A stretch of 63,954 nucleotides of DNA, the filler included, from Reticulomyxa filosa (taxonomy: Eukaryota; Protista; Foraminifera), in the NCBI GenBank assembly GCA_000512085.1. It is 17 parts of 17 records of this genome, joined end to end, with 100 filler letters (N's around TTAATTAATTAA, not from the genome) between each part and the next. Parts side by side here need not be neighbours in the genome. Positions count along the whole stretch, not along the records: positions 58,151 to 62,839 come from ASPP01006175.1; positions 62,940 to 63,954 come from ASPP01014241.1; 15 more parts are not named here. The stretch is one strand, 5' to 3'. The first letter of the stretch is position 1, and every line of letters begins with the position of its first letter. Positions 62,367-63,954 of the stretch are shown here, piece by piece. Below the pieces are notes generated by a model. The model saw only the letters and a program-made list of their open reading frames with translations. It was not told the origin of the DNA and did no database searches. Both the position numbers and the translations under genes were made by a program.

Positions 62367-63864
62367 TTTTTTTTTATATTTATTTATTTTTCTTTTTTTT
62401 TTATCAAGCCAAGCTTTAATGTTAATCAATGCAAATGACAATCACAAACAGGGGTTGCAGGAGAGGAATTTTTTGTTACTGTTCTTTCAGCGCAAAACAA
62501 ACTTGAGCGTAACAAGTTAAAATACAGTGTTTCGAGTAGGGATTAATAACGCTTAAAAGAAAAAAAATTATGCATATTTTTAACTTTTGAATAAATTTAA
62601 ATTCAAGTATGGAAGGCGTTTAAAATAAATCTTTTTTGAAATTTTTTATTTTTCTAACAACATTTGGGAGACAAAATTATTCAGTGTAGAAGTTGATATT
62701 TCATGAAGGAAGAACGAGAAAGAGGGGAGGAGGGAGAAGGGGAAGGGAACTTTCCTTCGAATTTTACAAGAGAAAGTAACACTTCTTACTTTTTTCTTGT
62801 CTCAATTTTTTTTTTTTTTTTTCAATTAATAAATAAAACNNNNNNNNNNNNNNNNNNNNNNNNNNNNNNNNNNNNNNNNNNNNTTAATTAATTAANNNNN
62901 NNNNNNNNNNNNNNNNNNNNNNNNNNNNNNNNNNNNNNNCCTTTTTTTTTTTTTTTTTTTTTGGATACGTATACATCATCCAAAAGAAATATACATGTTC
63001 CGTGCTAAGAATACTCCTCACAAATACAAAACTGATTTTTGTGCTTTGTCGGATATGGAGTCTATCTTTTCTATGTGCTTCACATGCAAGGTATCCACTT
63101 GTGACGCACTTTCTTGTCGGGGCTTTTTGAACCACAAATTTACATATACATTGTAAAACAAATATTTGTTTTTTTTTTTAAAAAAAAAAATTCTGTTTGT
63201 TATCAATCAATGTACACTCAATCGAAATCAGTCGTGGCCTTTTTTTAAAAATAAAATAATAAAATAAATGTGTACCAAATCAGCTGTTTCGATTTTCAAT
63301 TCGTTTTCTAAGTCCTATATTGTGTTTTTGCCTCTTTTTTTTTTTTTTTTGGAAAGGAGGAAAAATGACGTGTCGTCAAAGCTTTTAATACAGAAATTAT
63401 TTCAAAAACAGTAAAAACCCAACAATTTTTTCCATTTTCTTTCGATCTGGACGATATATCCAACTTTTTTTAAAGACAAAGGACGGGGACACAAAAAGAC
63501 ATCCGTTAGAGTTTTATTTCGAGACTTTGGTTCCAAAAAATGCAGGTTTATTTGTTGAGATGTTGCTAAAAGTATCACACCAATTGTATATGATTGTTGT
63601 TTTACTTTGTAAGTAGACTTTCTGTTGTAACAGCTCTATTTGATACGCGTGAAGTGCAGAAAAAGCAAATTTTCATTTAAAACACAATGTTAAACATGAA
63701 ATATGAGGTTACAGAATAGTAAACTTTTTTAAAAAAGAGGGACTCTTTTTTAAATTTTTACATTTGACGCGGTAATGCGTCAATTCGTGTGAAGCACTTT
63801 TTTTTTTACTAGTCTAAAATATCTAACTTAAATCCAGTAAAAAAATACATATATATATATATAA

Positions 63865-63932
63865 ATGGGCCGCAAAATCCTCAGTGGACGTTATAAATTG
63901 GGAAGAACGTTGGGAGTCGGAGCTTTTGGAAA
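63865..63932 (+). CDS. First exon of a SNF1/AMPK/CAMK-group Ser/Thr protein kinase (absent from the ORF track)
   Basis: MGRKILSGRYKLGRTLGVGAFGK (glycine loop GxGxFG) followed by a GTTAAG donor. Confidence 0.75.
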
Positions 63933-63954
63933 GTTAAGAAAGTGGTTGTGTTGA

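Overview
This is AT-rich eukaryotic (protist) genomic DNA, not prokaryotic. The window is about 17 short contigs joined by artificial N-TTAATTAATTAA-N spacers, so adjacency across spacers means nothing biologically. The expanded WD40, Kelch-like and TPR families, many frameshifted gene relics and poly-A/T introns resemble the foraminiferan Reticulomyxa filosa (inference). Recognisable genes: an ADP-ribosyltransferase-fold protein, WD40 and Kelch propellers, a WDFY3/Lvs-like BEACH-family protein, Rab7, a C2H2 zinc-finger protein, a GT8 glycosyltransferase, a PH-domain protein, a TPR protein, DUF1295, two tandem USP deubiquitinases, Alba-RGG, otubain, CAF1 and the first exon of a SNF1/AMPK-like kinase. 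Mobile DNA: a decayed LINE and a Tc1/mariner-type MITE family. Three observations stand out. (1) A conserved ~30-aa 'WIR..KIKLGWIDxFDK' module is shared by two unrelated, apparently N-acylated beta-propeller families, N-terminal in WD40 and C-terminal in Kelch; it is a candidate lineage-specific adaptor box. (2) The ART domain has Cys in place of the R of the R-S-E motif. (3) Introns show inverted polarity, with a pyrimidine-rich 5' half and an A-rich 3' end.
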